A stretch of DNA of 33,122 nucleotides from the NCBI GenBank assembly GCA_045646995.1, contig JAZRLT010000055.1, forward strand, positions 1-33,122, given 5' to 3'. Position 1 is the stretch's first letter. Each line of letters begins with the position of its first letter. Shown piece by piece: positions 1 through 9,092 of this stretch. A program made the translations under genes and the position numbers. The notes beneath the pieces were generated by a model that was not told the origin of the DNA, did not search any database, and saw nothing but the letters and a program-made list of their open reading frames with translations. Source of the stretch: Eubacteriales bacterium (GTDB lineage: Bacteria > Bacillota > Clostridia > Oscillospirales > CAG-382).

Positions 1-2
1 GT

Positions 3-503
3 ATGTATTCCAACGTGTTCTACGGCGCTAACTTCGTTGATTATGTAGGATATAACGAGGACAAGCTTATTATGGTAAGCCCCGTTAACGGCGTTGGCTA
101 CGATTCCTACATCTGCGATCAGTACTTCGATTACAGAATTGAAGGACCCGCCGCTCCCGATGATATTACAGTTGCGGCTATCAAGGCGATCAAGCTTATC
201 CCCGAAAGAGTTTCCCTTGAGCATAAGGCTTTGGTCGAGGCGGCTCGTGCGGCTTACGATAAGATCGCTACTATTGAACAGCAAGCGTTGGTTACCAACT
301 ATTCCGACCTTATCTCCGCTGAACAGCGTATTGCGGCTCTCGCTCCCGAGGAAGAGGAAAAGGCTCCCACCGCTGAGGGCGGCTCGGGCGGTATCTTCGT
401 GGCACTTTTGGTGGTATTCGTTATCGTGTTCGTCGGATTTATCGTTTACAGAAACAAAAAAGAATCTTCCGATAATAACGGCGCTTCCGTTCAGCTGTCC
501 TGA
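3..503 (+). CDS. 3' end of a gene for a C-terminally membrane-anchored surface protein (5' end outside window)
   Basis: The ORF is open to the window edge. It ends with an acidic/Gly linker (APEEEEKAPTAEGGSGG), one hydrophobic helix (IFVALLVVFVIVFVGFIVY) and a basic stop-transfer (RNKK). It shares strand and codon style with the downstream cluster. Confidence 0.6.
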   Translation: MYSNVFYGANFVDYVGYNEDKLIMVSPVNGVGYDSYICDQYFDYRIEGPAAPDDITVAAIKAIKLIPERVSLEHKALVEAARAAYDKIATIEQQALVTNYSDLISAEQRIAALAPEEEEKAPTAEGGSGGIFVALLVVFVIVFVGFIVYRNKKESSDNNGASVQLS

Positions 504-553
504 TAGGAAAGCTTGACAGATACGCTTTATGATAGGAGGAATACTGATTTAAA

Positions 554-1882
554 ATGAAAAAGAACTTTAAATTAAGGCTGTTTTCGCTCGTGTGCCTTGC
601 GGCGACGGTATTCGTTACCGCCTGCGGAGCCGAGCCCACGCCTTACGAAACCAACAACAATGATAAATATACCGTTAGCGTCAAATATGACGCTAACGGG
701 GGTATATTTACCACTAACACCTCGGTTATAGTCGATTCCTATAATATCTCCGATATGGAAAAGAATTCCGATAATATGGCTGAAATAGCACTTCTTTCTC
801 CTGACGACAATGCTCGCGGAAACGATGCGTTTAAGGCTATAAATAACGGATATTTCCTCGCAGGATGGTATGCGGGAAGAACCGAAACGACCGATTCGGA
901 AGGGAAGACGTCCTACGTTTATTCCGACAAATGGGATTTTTCGGCAGATATGTTAGAGGTTGACGCCTCTAAGGAATATTCTTCCGAAACCCCTGTGTTA
1001 ACGCTTTATGCGGCTTGGGTACCCTTGTTTAAAATTGAGTTTTTCTCGCTCGGCTCGGGAGAACATCTCAAGAGCCTTGCCTTCGACCCGACGATTACCG
1101 AGGTCATCTCCGTTCCTAAGTGGAGCGATAAGACCGGTGCAGTCGAAATGTTCGATTTTCCCGAAAAGAAGGGATATACCTTTAATAAGGCTTACTACGA
1201 CGCAGAAGGCAACAATGCGATAGAAGCCGAAGCCATAACCCATTCGGGTAAGGTTAATTACGAAACCGGCGTTGCCGAAAATTCGACCCTCAACCTCTAT
1301 ATCGATTGGACCGAGGGCGAATGGTACCGAATCTATAATGCTGATCAGCTCGCAAAGAATGCAAGTCTCAACGGCAATTACGAAATTATGGCCGACCTCG
1401 ATTTTACCGATGCTGTTTGGCCCACCGTCTTTATGTACGGTAACTTTAACGGTACTATTAAGGGTAACGGACATACTATTAAAAACGTTACTATTGAACA
1501 GACTAATAATTCCAAGGTGAACGCGGGTCTATTCGGTTATCTTGCCGAAACGTCGTCGCTTTCCGATCTTACCTTTGAAAACGTAAGCTTTACCGTAAAA
1601 GCGGGTACTCGAGTAATGGGCACCAATTACGGTATACTCGCAGGTACGATATCCAAGGATGCGGGATTGGAAAACCTTAAGCTTTCTATGAGTAAATTAC
1701 AGATCGATTCGGACTGCTACTTCGGTGTAGACGACTATTCGATCGGCTTGGTTTGCGGTATGGGTAATTATGATGCCGTCGAAACCTCCGATATCGAAGC
1801 GCTCGTGGTCGGTAACAATCCCGAAAAATTCGTTCTGACGGTTGACGGAAATACCGTAACGGTATCCGAAGCTTCCGAATGA
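554..1882 (+). CDS. Surface lipoprotein with Listeria-Bacteroides (Flg_new/InlB B-repeat)-type repeats and a GLUG-like C-terminal region
   Basis: AGGAGG lies upstream. The signal peptide has a lipobox (VTAC, Cys24). Repeat signatures are VKYDANGG...GYFLAGWY...LTLYAAW and KGYTFNKAYYD...LNLYIDW. These are followed by IYNADQL...GNYEIMADLDF...FNGTIKGNGHTIKN...NAGLFGYL, a pattern typical of Firmicutes surface-protein beta-helix/GLUG regions. Confidence 0.8.
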   Translation: MKKNFKLRLFSLVCLAATVFVTACGAEPTPYETNNNDKYTVSVKYDANGGIFTTNTSVIVDSYNISDMEKNSDNMAEIALLSPDDNARGNDAFKAINNGYFLAGWYAGRTETTDSEGKTSYVYSDKWDFSADMLEVDASKEYSSETPVLTLYAAWVPLFKIEFFSLGSGEHLKSLAFDPTITEVISVPKWSDKTGAVEMFDFPEKKGYTFNKAYYDAEGNNAIEAEAITHSGKVNYETGVAENSTLNLYIDWTEGEWYRIYNADQLAKNASLNGNYEIMADLDFTDAVWPTVFMYGNFNGTIKGNGHTIKNVTIEQTNNSKVNAGLFGYLAETSSLSDLTFENVSFTVKAGTRVMGTNYGILAGTISKDAGLENLKLSMSKLQIDSDCYFGVDDYSIGLVCGMGNYDAVETSDIEALVVGNNPEKFVLTVDGNTVTVSEASE

Positions 1883-1923
1883 TAATTACGTAATAAAAAA
1901 TAAAAATATAAAGGTGACACAGT

Positions 1924-4500
1924 ATGAACAAGAAAATCATTTCCCTAATTCTGTGCCTTGCGATGTGTTTCGGAATGGCGGCTTCCTTTACGGGCTGCTC
2001 CGATAACGGCAAGAGCGCTGACGCGTTCGTTATTATGACCGAACAGCTCGACGGTTTGTTTAACCCCTTCTTCTATACCTCCGCTCCCGACGGAACCATC
2101 GTTGCGATGACCCAGATCGGTATGCTCGGCTCCAAGTACGTTGACGGCGAAGTCAAGGTTGCTTACGGTGAAGACGAAGCGGTTGTCGTAAAGGATTACG
2201 ATATCGTTGAAAACGGCGGCAATACCGTTTATACCTTCGTTGTTAAGAACGGTATCAAGTTCTCCGACGGCCATCCCCTCACTATGGAGGATATCCTCTT
2301 TAACTACTATGTATATCTCGACCCCGTTTATACCGGCTCGAATACTCTCTATTCTACCGATATTATCGGCTTGTCCGAATACCGTACCCAGACCGTAGGC
2401 TCGGCTTCCGATGACAGCGATAACCTTATCTCCTCTCAGGCTTCCTCCCGTGCAAGCGCGAGAATCAATGAGCTCGTTAACCTCTTCCTTTCTCAGGTTA
2501 AGGCTTCTTCTACCAAGGAAGTAAGCTATGAGGCTATGAAGCAGGCTATCTCGGCTCACTCGCTCAGCAGCGGTTATAAGTCCGCTATTTCTAACGACGA
2601 GGCTTCTGTTACTAACCAGAACCTTCTCGCTGACTACGAATACGCTCTCAAGCTCTTCAAGGAAGAACTCGAAACCGACTACGTAAGCGCTCAGGAATCC
2701 TACGTTGACGAGCCTTACAGCAAGTACAGCGAATTCAAGAACGAAGTCTTCTGCTTTATGTATACCGAAGGCTACGTTGAAGTTAAATACGCTGAAGGTG
2801 CTGACGGCAAGACCGACCACACCACTATCGAAACTCTTACCCCCGCTTATCCTTCCTCTATAACCACTAAGGAAGCGGCTATCGACTATATCTATAAGGA
2901 TAAGATCGCTACCAAGCTTGATGAAATCCTCAAGTATTGGGCTACTGCTACTACCCTTAATACCGAATTTACCGCTAAGGCTAAGGAAGTTATCCTTCAC
3001 GAAAACGTTGCCGACGACGGCACTCTCGCTGTTAAGAATATTTCGGGTATCGTTTCTCTCGGTCACACCTCCGAAGCAGGAAGCACTATTACCGTTAACG
3101 GCAATCAGTATAAGGTTGCTTCGGGCCATAACTCCGACGGTACCGTTACTAACGCTGATGAATACGACGTTTTGCGTATCACCATCGACGGCGTTGACCC
3201 CAAGGCTATCTGGAACTTCGCTATTACTATCGCTCCCCAGCACTACTACGGCGAGGGAAGTAAGGTCGGCGTTGATATCGCTAACGATAAGTTCGGCGTT
3301 GAATTCGCAAGCTTCAAGTTTATGACCGATATTATCCAGTCCACCAGAAATATTAAGATTCCTATGGGCGCGGGTTCTTATAAGGCTACCAACACCAAGA
3401 ACGACGATAAACCCTCCGAAAGCGATTTCTATACCAACAACGTTGTTTACTTCAAGAGAAACGATAACTTCTCTACTGTTGGTGCAGGTATCGAAAATGC
3501 TAAGATCGAAAAGATTCGTTATCAGGTAGTAAGCTCCGCGAACGCTATCGCGGCTCTCGAAGAGGGTAACGTTCACTATATCTCTCCCTCTCTTACCACC
3601 GATAACTACGAAAAGCTCGAAAACCTCTCCTCCAAGGGTATGGTTACCCTTACTACCGATCAGCTCGGTTACGGTTATATCGGTATCAACTCCGCAAAGG
3701 TTAACGATATCAACCTCCGTAAGGCTATTATGTGTGCGATGAATACCTCTCTCGCACTAGACTACTACCGCGCAGGTACCGCTTCTCAGATCTATTGGCC
3801 TATGTCCAAGGTAAGCTGGGCTTATCCTAAGGGCGCTGCTGCTACCGATAACGGTAAGGACTATCCTCCTCTCGGTACCTGGAGTCAGGACGTTGCGATT
3901 GCTAATATCGAAAAATATATGAATGCTGCAGGCGTAAGCGCAGGCTCCTCCGAGCTTAAGGTTAAGTTCACTATCGCAGGCTCCAGCCTTCAGGACCACC
4001 CGACCTATAAGGTATTCCGTGACGCCGCTACTCTTCTTAACGGCCTCGGCTGGGACGTTGAAGTAGTTTGCGATACTCAGGCACTTACTAAGATCAATAC
4101 CGGCTCGCTCGAGGTTTGGGCTGCTGCTTGGTCCTCCGCTCTTGACCCTGACCTTTATCAGGTATACCATAAGGATTCTACCGCTACCTCTACTCTCGCT
4201 TGGGGTTATAACTACCTTAAGACGAGCGGCACCGCGGAAGAAACCGCTATCCTCGATCAACTCAGCGACCTTATCGATCAGGCTCGCGAAACCAACGATC
4301 AGAGCCTCCGTGCTACTCTTTACCAGAGCGCTATGGAACAGATTCTCGATCTCGCTATCGAGCTTCCCGTATATCAGAGAAGCGTGCTCTACGCTTACAA
4401 CTCTAACGTTATCAAGGCCTCTAGCCTCCCTGCGGAATCCGAGCTTAATCCCTTCTCCTCTCCGCTCGACCGTATCTGGGAAGTTGAATTCGCAGAATAA
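1924..4500 (+). CDS. ABC transporter substrate-binding lipoprotein, family 5 (peptide/nickel/glutathione type), oversized at 858 aa
   Basis: RBS AAAGGTGA is present, and the lipobox is SFTGC. The N-lobe signature is LDGLFNPFFYTS...YTFVVKNGIKFSDGHPLTMEDILFNYYVYLDP, with later TIAPQHYY and GYGYIGIN motifs typical of SBP_bac_5. The gene sits directly upstream of Opp/Dpp-type permease genes. Confidence 0.9.
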   Translation: MNKKIISLILCLAMCFGMAASFTGCSDNGKSADAFVIMTEQLDGLFNPFFYTSAPDGTIVAMTQIGMLGSKYVDGEVKVAYGEDEAVVVKDYDIVENGGNTVYTFVVKNGIKFSDGHPLTMEDILFNYYVYLDPVYTGSNTLYSTDIIGLSEYRTQTVGSASDDSDNLISSQASSRASARINELVNLFLSQVKASSTKEVSYEAMKQAISAHSLSSGYKSAISNDEASVTNQNLLADYEYALKLFKEELETDYVSAQESYVDEPYSKYSEFKNEVFCFMYTEGYVEVKYAEGADGKTDHTTIETLTPAYPSSITTKEAAIDYIYKDKIATKLDEILKYWATATTLNTEFTAKAKEVILHENVADDGTLAVKNISGIVSLGHTSEAGSTITVNGNQYKVASGHNSDGTVTNADEYDVLRITIDGVDPKAIWNFAITIAPQHYYGEGSKVGVDIANDKFGVEFASFKFMTDIIQSTRNIKIPMGAGSYKATNTKNDDKPSESDFYTNNVVYFKRNDNFSTVGAGIENAKIEKIRYQVVSSANAIAALEEGNVHYISPSLTTDNYEKLENLSSKGMVTLTTDQLGYGYIGINSAKVNDINLRKAIMCAMNTSLALDYYRAGTASQIYWPMSKVSWAYPKGAAATDNGKDYPPLGTWSQDVAIANIEKYMNAAGVSAGSSELKVKFTIAGSSLQDHPTYKVFRDAATLLNGLGWDVEVVCDTQALTKINTGSLEVWAAAWSSALDPDLYQVYHKDSTATSTLAWGYNYLKTSGTAEETAILDQLSDLIDQARETNDQSLRATLYQSAMEQILDLAIELPVYQRSVLYAYNSNVIKASSLPAESELNPFSSPLDRIWEVEFAE

Positions 4501-4518
4501 ATTGATAATATAAAAATT

Positions 4519-4556
4519 CGACCGATAGGGAAGGCGTAAAAGCTTTCCCTCGGTCG
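4519..4556 (+). promoter_or_regulatory. Intercistronic stem-loop between the SBP and permease genes (possible partial attenuator or mRNA-stabilising hairpin)
   Basis: CGACCGATAGGGAA (4519-4532) pairs with TTCCCTCGGTCG (4545-4556) around a 12-nt loop with a 2-nt bulge. No U-tract follows, so it is not a canonical terminator. Confidence 0.4.
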
Positions 4557-4572
4557 GAGTTCGGAGTTACTG

Positions 4573-5565
4573 ATGCTTAAGTATATTTTAAAACGTCTTT
4601 TGATGTCCGTTTTCATACTTTTAGGCGTTTCGTTGATAATTTACTTCCTTATCCGTCTTATGCCCGTTGACTTTATCCAGGATAAGATCAACGCGATAAA
4701 CCAAGGCGGTGCGACGGTAAGTGAAGAAACCGTTAACGCTATGTATGAAATGTACGGGCTGGGCGATAACAGCTTTATCGGTATATTGAAGGGTTACTTC
4801 AGCTGGCTTGGCGCTATGGCAAGGTTTGACCTTGGTACGAGCTTTGTTTACGGTATCCCAGTTGCCGACGTTATCGTTGAACATATGGGAATATCCTTCG
4901 CTATCGCTTTGATAGCTACGATATTCGAATTTCTTATTGCTATCCCTCTCGGTATCACGGCGGCTACCCATCAATACAGCTTCCGCGATTACCTCGTTAC
5001 CGTTCTCGTTATGATCGGTATTTCTCTCCCGTCCTTCTTCTTCGGTCAGATGCTTAAGGACGTCCTTGCTCTCAAGCTTGGATGGTTCCCCGCGTCGGGA
5101 CTTGTCGATGCGACGGCGTCGTATACGGGTATAAGCCTTCTTATCGACTATTTGAAGCATTGCTTTATACCTATTCTTACGATAGTTATTCTCAGTATCG
5201 GTGCGAGAATGAGAATGACAAGAACGAATATGTTGGAGGTTATGAACTCCGACTATATCCGTACCGCCCGTGCAAAGGGCTTGAAGGAAAGCGTTGTCGT
5301 TAATAAGCACGCCTTCCGTAACACCCTTATTCCGATGGTAACCTCGCTTGCGGGCTTGTTGCCTTCGCTGTTTTCGGGTGCAATTATCACCGAGCAGGTA
5401 TTCGACCTTCCCGGTATCGGTAACATCGCTCTCGATGCGATGAACCGCGGCGATATTCCGTTTATAATGGGCTATAATATGTTCCTTGCGCTCTTAAGCG
5501 TAATCGGCGTTCTTCTCGCCGACCTTATGTACGGACTTGTCGATCCCCGTGTAAAACTTGAATGA
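4573..5565 (+). CDS. ABC transporter permease, OppB/DppB-like
   Basis: GGAG lies 7 nt upstream. The N-terminus MLKYILKRLL and the motif SDYIRTARAKGLKESVVVNKHAFRN (EAA loop region) are typical of the OppB/DppB family. The protein has multiple TM helices. Confidence 0.95.
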   Translation: MLKYILKRLLMSVFILLGVSLIIYFLIRLMPVDFIQDKINAINQGGATVSEETVNAMYEMYGLGDNSFIGILKGYFSWLGAMARFDLGTSFVYGIPVADVIVEHMGISFAIALIATIFEFLIAIPLGITAATHQYSFRDYLVTVLVMIGISLPSFFFGQMLKDVLALKLGWFPASGLVDATASYTGISLLIDYLKHCFIPILTIVILSIGARMRMTRTNMLEVMNSDYIRTARAKGLKESVVVNKHAFRNTLIPMVTSLAGLLPSLFSGAIITEQVFDLPGIGNIALDAMNRGDIPFIMGYNMFLALLSVIGVLLADLMYGLVDPRVKLE

Positions 5566-5576
5566 GGAGGCGCGTG

Positions 5577-6647
5577 ATGGAAGATATTACCAAAGAAGCT
5601 ATCGAAGGCGAAGTTGATACCAAAGCGGTTGAAACCGAAGAAATCGATACCGACGTGCCTTTAGATAAAACCGTCAAGCTTATGTCCCCGACGCGTATGG
5701 TCGTTCGTAGATTTTTCCGCTCGAAGCTTAGTATCGTCGGTCTAATAATGGTCGTAAGCCTTTTCGTGTTCAGCTTTATCGGTCCCCTTGTCTATACTCA
5801 ATGGGGCGAAATCGAGCTTGATGAAAGCGGTAAGACCGAATATTCGGTCTCCCAAACCACTTATACGGTAAACGGTAAGGAATATACCCTTCGCCAGACT
5901 ACCGAAAAATCTCTTAAGGATAATTTCCTTGCTCCCCCCTCTGCCGAGCATATTCTCGGTACTGATAACGAAGGCTACGATATTTTCGTCCGTCTTATGT
6001 ACGGTGGTAGAATTTCTCTTATCGTAAGCTTTCTCGCCGTTTTCCTTATTACCGTTTTGGGCGTGTTCCTCGGCGGTGTTGCGGGATTCTTCGGCGGTGC
6101 GGTAGATAATATAATAATGCGACTTTGCGATATTCTTATCTGCCTTCCCGGTATTCCGATCCTTCTTATTATAAGTACGATCCTCGACGCGTCCGAAATC
6201 GACGCTAAATACCGTATCTACCTTCTTATGATTTATCTTACCTTTATTTCTTGGCCGGGTACTGCCCGCCTTGTAAGAGGTCAGATACTCTCTCTCCGTG
6301 AACAGGAATATATGGTTGCGGCGGAGGCTATGGGCTATTCCGCTCCCAGAAAGATATTTAAGCATCTCGTTCCCAACGTTATGCCTCAGCTTATCGTTTC
6401 GATGAGCTTGAGCTTGGGTAGTATGATTCTTTACGAAGCTACTCTTTCGTATTTGAACCTCGGCGTTAAAGCTCCCTACGCCGCTTGGGGTACGATGATC
6501 AATATTATCTCCACTAATCAGGATATTCTCCAGAATCACCTTAACGTATGGGTTCCCGCAGGTATCTGTATCGTTATCGCGGTTCTCGGCTTTAACTTTA
6601 TCGGCGACGGTCTCCGCGACGCGCTCGACCCGAAAGCGAGGAGGTAA
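5577..6647 (+). CDS. ABC transporter permease, OppC/DppC-like, with an extended N-terminal and extracytoplasmic loop region
   Basis: AGGAGG at 5566-5571 favours ATG 5577 over the ORF-track ATG 5562. The motifs HILGTDNEGYDIFVRLMYGGRISL and EQEYMVAAEAMGYSAPRKIFKHLVPN are OppC-type signatures. Confidence 0.9.
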   Translation: MEDITKEAIEGEVDTKAVETEEIDTDVPLDKTVKLMSPTRMVVRRFFRSKLSIVGLIMVVSLFVFSFIGPLVYTQWGEIELDESGKTEYSVSQTTYTVNGKEYTLRQTTEKSLKDNFLAPPSAEHILGTDNEGYDIFVRLMYGGRISLIVSFLAVFLITVLGVFLGGVAGFFGGAVDNIIMRLCDILICLPGIPILLIISTILDASEIDAKYRIYLLMIYLTFISWPGTARLVRGQILSLREQEYMVAAEAMGYSAPRKIFKHLVPNVMPQLIVSMSLSLGSMILYEATLSYLNLGVKAPYAAWGTMINIISTNQDILQNHLNVWVPAGICIVIAVLGFNFIGDGLRDALDPKARR

Positions 6648-6650
6648 ATT

Positions 6651-7808
6651 ATGAGTAAAAATAATGTAAACCGCCTCACCGGTAAAGAGATTCGCGCTAT
6701 TGCGAAGGAAAATAAGAAAATCATTAAAAAGTTAGAGGCGTATAAAAATCGTAAATGCGACGAGACCGAATATCTCGGCCATATGTCCGACGAATCCAAT
6801 ATCCTTGAAATCGATAATCTTCATACCTACTTCTTCACCGAACAGGGTGTCGTAAAGGCGGTCAACGGCGTTTCCTTCGACGTTCCCAAGAATACGACGG
6901 TCGGTATCGTTGGCGAATCGGGTTGCGGTAAGTCGGTTACGAGTATGTCGGTAATGCGCCTTATACAAGGCCCCGCAGGTCAGATTTTTTCGGGCAGTAT
7001 CCGCTTTAACGCGAAGACTGCTTCGGGTGAATCGAAGGTATATGATATCGCGAAAATGCCTATGCGCGATATCCATAAGATTCGCGGTGACCAGATCGCT
7101 ATGATATTCCAAGAGCCTATGACCTCGCTAAACCCCGTGTTTACTATCGGTCAACAGCTCGATGAGGTTACGTTTATTCATAACCCCAACGCTACTAAAG
7201 AGGAAGCAAAGGCAAAATCGATAGAGATGCTCGACCTTGTCGGCATCGCTATCCCTGAACGTGTTTATAATTCCTTCCCCCATGAGCTTTCGGGCGGTAT
7301 GCGTCAAAGAGTTATGATCTCTATGGCGCTTGCAAGCAATCCCCGCCTTATTATCGCCGACGAGCCCACTACCGCGCTCGACGTTACGATTCAGGCTCAG
7401 ATACTCGATCTTCTCCGCGATTTGAAGTCTAAAATCGACGGCTCTATAATGCTTATCACCCACGACCTCGGTATAATCGCCGAAATGGCTGATTACGTTG
7501 TCGTAATGTATGCGGGAAGAGTTATCGAAAAGGGTACTGTTGAAGAGATTTTCCATAATCCTCTCCACCCATATACGATAGGACTCCAAAAGTCCAAACC
7601 CACTCTTAATTCCGACAGCGATACGCTGTTCAATATCCCCGGTAACGTACCTAATCCGGTAAATATGCCGAATTACTGTTACTTCAAGGAAAGATGCTCT
7701 AAATGTATTAAAAAATGTTCCGGCGATTATCCCGGAATGGTTCAGGTAAGCCCGACTCATTTTGTGGCTTGCCACCTTTACGGAGAGGAGGCTGAGAATA
7801 ATGGCTGA
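6651..7808 (+). CDS. ABC transporter ATP-binding protein, OppD/DppD-like, with a ~50-aa basic N-terminal extension
   Basis: GGAGG RBS is present. It has Walker A GESGCGKS, signature LSGGMRQR, Walker B LIIADEPTTALD and an H-loop ITHDL. The C-terminal oligopeptide-ATPase Cys motif is CYFKERCSKCIKKC...VACH. Confidence 0.95.
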   Translation: MSKNNVNRLTGKEIRAIAKENKKIIKKLEAYKNRKCDETEYLGHMSDESNILEIDNLHTYFFTEQGVVKAVNGVSFDVPKNTTVGIVGESGCGKSVTSMSVMRLIQGPAGQIFSGSIRFNAKTASGESKVYDIAKMPMRDIHKIRGDQIAMIFQEPMTSLNPVFTIGQQLDEVTFIHNPNATKEEAKAKSIEMLDLVGIAIPERVYNSFPHELSGGMRQRVMISMALASNPRLIIADEPTTALDVTIQAQILDLLRDLKSKIDGSIMLITHDLGIIAEMADYVVVMYAGRVIEKGTVEEIFHNPLHPYTIGLQKSKPTLNSDSDTLFNIPGNVPNPVNMPNYCYFKERCSKCIKKCSGDYPGMVQVSPTHFVACHLYGEEAENNG

Positions 7809-8796
7809 TCAGATCAAGAACGAACAACCTATTCTCGAGGTGCGTAACCTCCGTAAATGCTTCCCTTTGAAGAAGACTCTTACAGGTAAGGTTACAAGCG
7901 AGCTCGTCGCTGTCGATAACGTTTCGTTTACGCTTAATGCGGGCGAAACTCTCGGTATCGTTGGCGAATCGGGTTGCGGTAAGACTACTCTCGGAAGAAC
8001 TATTCTTAAGCTTCACGAATCCTCGGGAGGTCAGATTTTCTTCGACGGTAAGGATATTACGAACCTTAAGTCTTCTCAAATGCGCGAGATTCGTAAGCAA
8101 ATGCAGATAATCTTTCAGGACCCCTATTCCTCGCTTCCTCCCCGAAGCACGGTCGGCGGTATCCTTTCCGAGCCCGTAGAGGTTCATAATATCGTTCCTA
8201 AGAGCGAGGTCAAGTCCTACGTGCTTGATTTGATGGATAAATGCGGTCTACGCGATTATTACTATGAAAGATATCCCCACGAATTTTCAGGCGGTCAGCG
8301 TCAGCGTATTTGTATCGCTCGTGCGCTTTCCGTAAAACCCAAGCTTGTTATCTGCGACGAACCCGTTTCGGCTCTCGACGTTTCGATTCAGGCACAGATA
8401 ATCAATCTTCTTAAACAACTTCAAAAGGATATGAACCTTACCTACGTGTTCATATCCCACGACCTTTCGGTCGTTAAGTTCATTTCGGATAAGATCGGCG
8501 TTATGTATCTCGGCTCTATGGTCGAGTTCGGTAATAAGGAGGATATCTTCTCTAATCCTCTCCATCCGTATACTCAAGCGCTCTTCTCGGCTATACCCCA
8601 GCCGGACCCTGATGTAAAAATGAACAGAATTATTCTTAAGGGCGATATTCCTTCGCCTGCGAATCCTCCTAAGGGATGTCGATTCCATACCCGTTGTCCT
8701 TACGCTAAGGATATCTGTAAGGAAGTCGTTCCCGAATATAAGGATTACGGTAACGGTCATTGTGCCGCTTGCCACTTGTTGGAAGAAACCACATAA
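7801..8796 (+). CDS. ABC transporter ATP-binding protein, OppF/DppF-like
   Basis: GGAGAGGAGG precedes ATG 7801 (MADQIKNE); the ORF-track start at 7762 is a TTG inside the upstream gene. It has Walker A GESGCGKT, signature FSGGQRQR and Walker B LVICDEPVSALD. The C-terminal Cys motif is GCRFHTRCPYAKDIC...HCAACH. Confidence 0.95.
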   Translation: MADQIKNEQPILEVRNLRKCFPLKKTLTGKVTSELVAVDNVSFTLNAGETLGIVGESGCGKTTLGRTILKLHESSGGQIFFDGKDITNLKSSQMREIRKQMQIIFQDPYSSLPPRSTVGGILSEPVEVHNIVPKSEVKSYVLDLMDKCGLRDYYYERYPHEFSGGQRQRICIARALSVKPKLVICDEPVSALDVSIQAQIINLLKQLQKDMNLTYVFISHDLSVVKFISDKIGVMYLGSMVEFGNKEDIFSNPLHPYTQALFSAIPQPDPDVKMNRIILKGDIPSPANPPKGCRFHTRCPYAKDICKEVVPEYKDYGNGHCAACHLLEETT

Positions 8797-8812
8797 TTAA
8801 AGGTATAAGTAA

Positions 8813-9055
8813 ATGAGTAAGAAAGAAAAAAAGGAAAAGCCTATATATATCGACGACGGAAGAACTATTGCCGATATGTCGGGCGTTTCGGGAGGTCTTC
8901 CCGAATGGACTAAACACGGCACTACCTCGAGTGTAAAGGATATTCTGCGTACCTATTTCGGTGCGATGAGGATGATGCTCCTTCCGACTCTTGCGATAGT
9001 AGGACTTCTTCTTGTTGCCTTTCTTATAGTTTCGCTTATCTTTATTGCTATGTAA
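8813..9055 (+). CDS. Small (80 aa) tail-anchored membrane protein of unknown function
   Basis: A weak RBS (AAAGGT) is present. The N-terminus is Lys/Glu-rich (MSKKEKKEKP). A single C-terminal hydrophobic stretch (LLPTLAIVGLLLVAFLIVSLIFIAM) runs to the stop codon. It is tightly packed between the ATPase and thioredoxin-lipoprotein genes. Confidence 0.55.
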   Translation: MSKKEKKEKPIYIDDGRTIADMSGVSGGLPEWTKHGTTSSVKDILRTYFGAMRMMLLPTLAIVGLLLVAFLIVSLIFIAM

Positions 9056-9092
9056 CTTTAAATTTATCCCCTTGATATAAAAGGAGAAATTT

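Noticed and set aside
513-533. TTGACA ... TATGAT hexamers upstream of the first lipoprotein gene.
   Set aside because: The spacer is only 9 nt, which is incompatible with a sigma-A promoter. The cluster's real promoter is probably upstream of the window.
1945-3576. A 543-aa ORF on the minus strand antisense to the SBP gene. Similar long antisense ORFs lie at 9234-10586, 10818-11798, 11936-13036, 13643-14551, 15641-16039, 16759-18492 (577 aa), 19563-20222 and 30151-31329.
   Set aside because: Each lies entirely inside a sense-strand gene that has clear family motifs and an RBS. Their translations are low-complexity or compositionally odd (Ser/Gly/Asn/Val runs), with no recognisable motifs or RBS. 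The strong third-position codon bias of the sense genes suppresses stop codons in the antisense frames, so these are shadow ORFs.
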